From Occultella glacieicola (GTDB taxonomy: Bacteria; Actinomycetota; Actinomycetes; Actinomycetales; Beutenbergiaceae): a DNA stretch of 47,124 bases. The notes under the pieces are model-generated. The model saw nothing but the letters and a program-made list of their open reading frames with translations, searched no databases and had not been told where the DNA came from. The stretch's first letter is position 1. Each line of letters opens with the position of its first letter. The stretch spans positions 496,001 through 543,124 of the forward strand of contig NZ_SMNA01000003.1 in assembly GCF_004353825.1 (NCBI RefSeq), read 5' to 3'. Of the stretch, positions 45,559 through 47,124 are shown piece after piece. The translations under genes were made by a program, and so were the position numbers.

Positions 45559-45609
45559 CCGACAGGACCCGCCACTCCGGCGCGCCCGTCGCGCGGACCC
45601 GATGAGACC

Positions 45610-46974
45610 ATGGAAGCGATGAATCGGCAGCCCAGCAGTCCCCGAGCCCGGCACGCCGCGCCGCCCCGCAGCCGGCGCTCTGTCGGCGTCGATCGCGGGC
45701 GCACCCCGGTGCCCGCCGCCGGGTCCGGCCGGGCGCCCCACGGGAGCGCGGGCCGCGGCCTCGCCGGCCTGGTGCGGCACGCCCGCCGGCGGCGGCGTCC
45801 CAGGCGGCACGCCGTTCCGGTCGCCGGCCTCGCCGTGGCCCTGTTCGCCGTCAGCGGCGCCGCCCTCGCCTACGACGATCTGAACCGCAACATCGGCGGT
45901 GGCGACGTCGAACCGCTGCTCGGCACCGACCGGCCGGAGCCGGCTCCCCCGGTGGACGGCGCCGCCGGTGCGGCCGTGAACCTGCTGCTGATCGGCTCCG
46001 ACGACCGGTCCGGGGAGAACGCGTCGATCGGCGGCGGCAACGTCGAGTCCGGCATCCGCTCGGACACCGTGATCCTCGCCCACATCTCGGCGGACCGGAC
46101 CCGGGTGGAGATGGTCTCGATCCCCCGCGACTCCTGGGTGGACGTGCCCTCCTGCGAGCTCCCCGACGGGTCGATGACCTCGCCGCTGACCGGGAAGTTC
46201 AACAACGCCTTCCAGCAGGGCGGCCAGACCGGGGACGTCACCTACGCGGCTGCCTGCACGATCCGCACGGTCGAAGGTCTCACCGACGTCCGCATCGACG
46301 GGTTCGTCGCCGTGGACTTCGGCGGTTTCGTGGACATGGTCGACGCCATCGGCGGCATCCCGATCTGCATCCCGGAGGACATCGACGACGACAACGCCCA
46401 CCTGCAGTTGAGCGCGGGCGAGCAGGTCCTCGACGGCACCCAGGCCCTCGGCTACGCCCGGGTGCGCAAGTCGGTCGGTGACGGCAGCGACATCGGGCGG
46501 ATCGGCCGGCAGCAGGCGCTGCTGGCCGCCACGGTGCGCCAGGTCCTGAACCAGAACGTGCTCACCGACGCGCCGCGGCTGTACGGCTTCCTGGACGCGG
46601 CGACGGCGTCGCTGAGCACCAGCTCCAACTACGCCTCGATCTCCGCGTTGTCCGGGCTCGCCTACTCGCTGCGCGGCCTCGGCAGCGAGGACATCTCGTT
46701 CGTGACCGTGCCGATCACCGACCGTGGCGACGGCGCCAACGTGCTCTGGACCGATGAGGCCGATGCCCTGTGGGAGGCCATCGCCGCCGACCGGCCGCTG
46801 ACGGTCGAGGGCACCGACGACGGGACCGCCGACGCCAGCCCCGACCCTGGGACCGATGCCTCGACGGACCCGACCGAACCGACCGGTGCCGCCGCGTCCT
46901 CCACGGCCACGGCCGATCCCGGTCCTACCCTCGAGGGAACCACCGCCGACGACGGGAGTGCCCAGTGCGGGTGA
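45610..46974 (+). CDS. LCP (LytR-CpsA-Psr) family protein, second tandem copy
   Basis: NLLLIGSDDR, RSDT, SIPRDS, YARVRK..SDIGRIGRQQ. Arg-rich cytoplasmic N-terminus; start approximate. Confidence 0.92.
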   Translation: MEAMNRQPSSPRARHAAPPRSRRSVGVDRGRTPVPAAGSGRAPHGSAGRGLAGLVRHARRRRRPRRHAVPVAGLAVALFAVSGAALAYDDLNRNIGGGDVEPLLGTDRPEPAPPVDGAAGAAVNLLLIGSDDRSGENASIGGGNVESGIRSDTVILAHISADRTRVEMVSIPRDSWVDVPSCELPDGSMTSPLTGKFNNAFQQGGQTGDVTYAAACTIRTVEGLTDVRIDGFVAVDFGGFVDMVDAIGGIPICIPEDIDDDNAHLQLSAGEQVLDGTQALGYARVRKSVGDGSDIGRIGRQQALLAATVRQVLNQNVLTDAPRLYGFLDAATASLSTSSNYASISALSGLAYSLRGLGSEDISFVTVPITDRGDGANVLWTDEADALWEAIAADRPLTVEGTDDGTADASPDPGTDASTDPTEPTGAAASSTATADPGPTLEGTTADDGSAQCG

Positions 46975-47124
46975 GCCGAGACGAACCGTTCGACAACGAG
47001 CGCGAGCCGGCCTCCGTCGACCCGTTCGCGGACGCGCCCCGCCGCAGCGCCCCGGGCCGAAACGCCCCCGGGCGCCGTCCCGCCCGCGGCAGCAGCCGCG
47101 CCCGCACCGGCGGCTCCGCGCAGG
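46971..47124 (+). CDS. Possible start of a further gene, truncated by the window edge
   Basis: GTGA overlap with the LCP stop, and the frame is open to the window end (MSRDEPFDNEREPASVDPF...). No family motif is visible. Confidence 0.4.
   Translation, partial: MSRDEPFDNEREPASVDPFADAPRRSAPGRNAPGRRPARGSSRARTGGSAQ

Overview
A 47-kb stretch of a very GC-rich actinobacterial chromosome (Micrococcales-like, inferred from gene style). Almost all of it is one large cell-surface or secondary cell-wall polysaccharide locus. From left to right: the 3' end of a UDP-GlcNAc-type 2-epimerase; a convergent wbpD/wbpE/wbpB-like operon for 2,3-diacetamido-uronic acid synthesis; an AT3-SGNH O-acyltransferase; a Wzm/Wzt ABC exporter; about 14 GT-B/GT4-like glycosyltransferases in several paralog groups and one polysaccharide GT2; a secreted SpoIID-type hydrolase and a secreted Zn amidase, both carrying FG-GAP/'IGxGW' repeat tails; a compositionally distinct three-gene cassette (alpha/alpha-barrel protein, D-glucuronyl C5-epimerase homologue, asparagine-synthetase-like protein); a second, fused PglK/MsbA-like ABC transporter; a stand-alone SGNH protein; a polyprenol-P-sugar GT2 / DUF2304 / GT-C-like module; and two tandem LCP ligases. 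No RNA genes, CRISPR arrays or mobile elements were recognised. The two most interesting candidates are (i) a uronate tailoring cassette built around a heparan-sulphate-type C5-epimerase with a ~150-aa insertion, and (ii) wall hydrolases with 5- and ~10-repeat putative lectin propellers encoded inside the glycan locus, possibly a glycan-based anchoring system. All family calls come from motif recognition by eye; no database searches were run.
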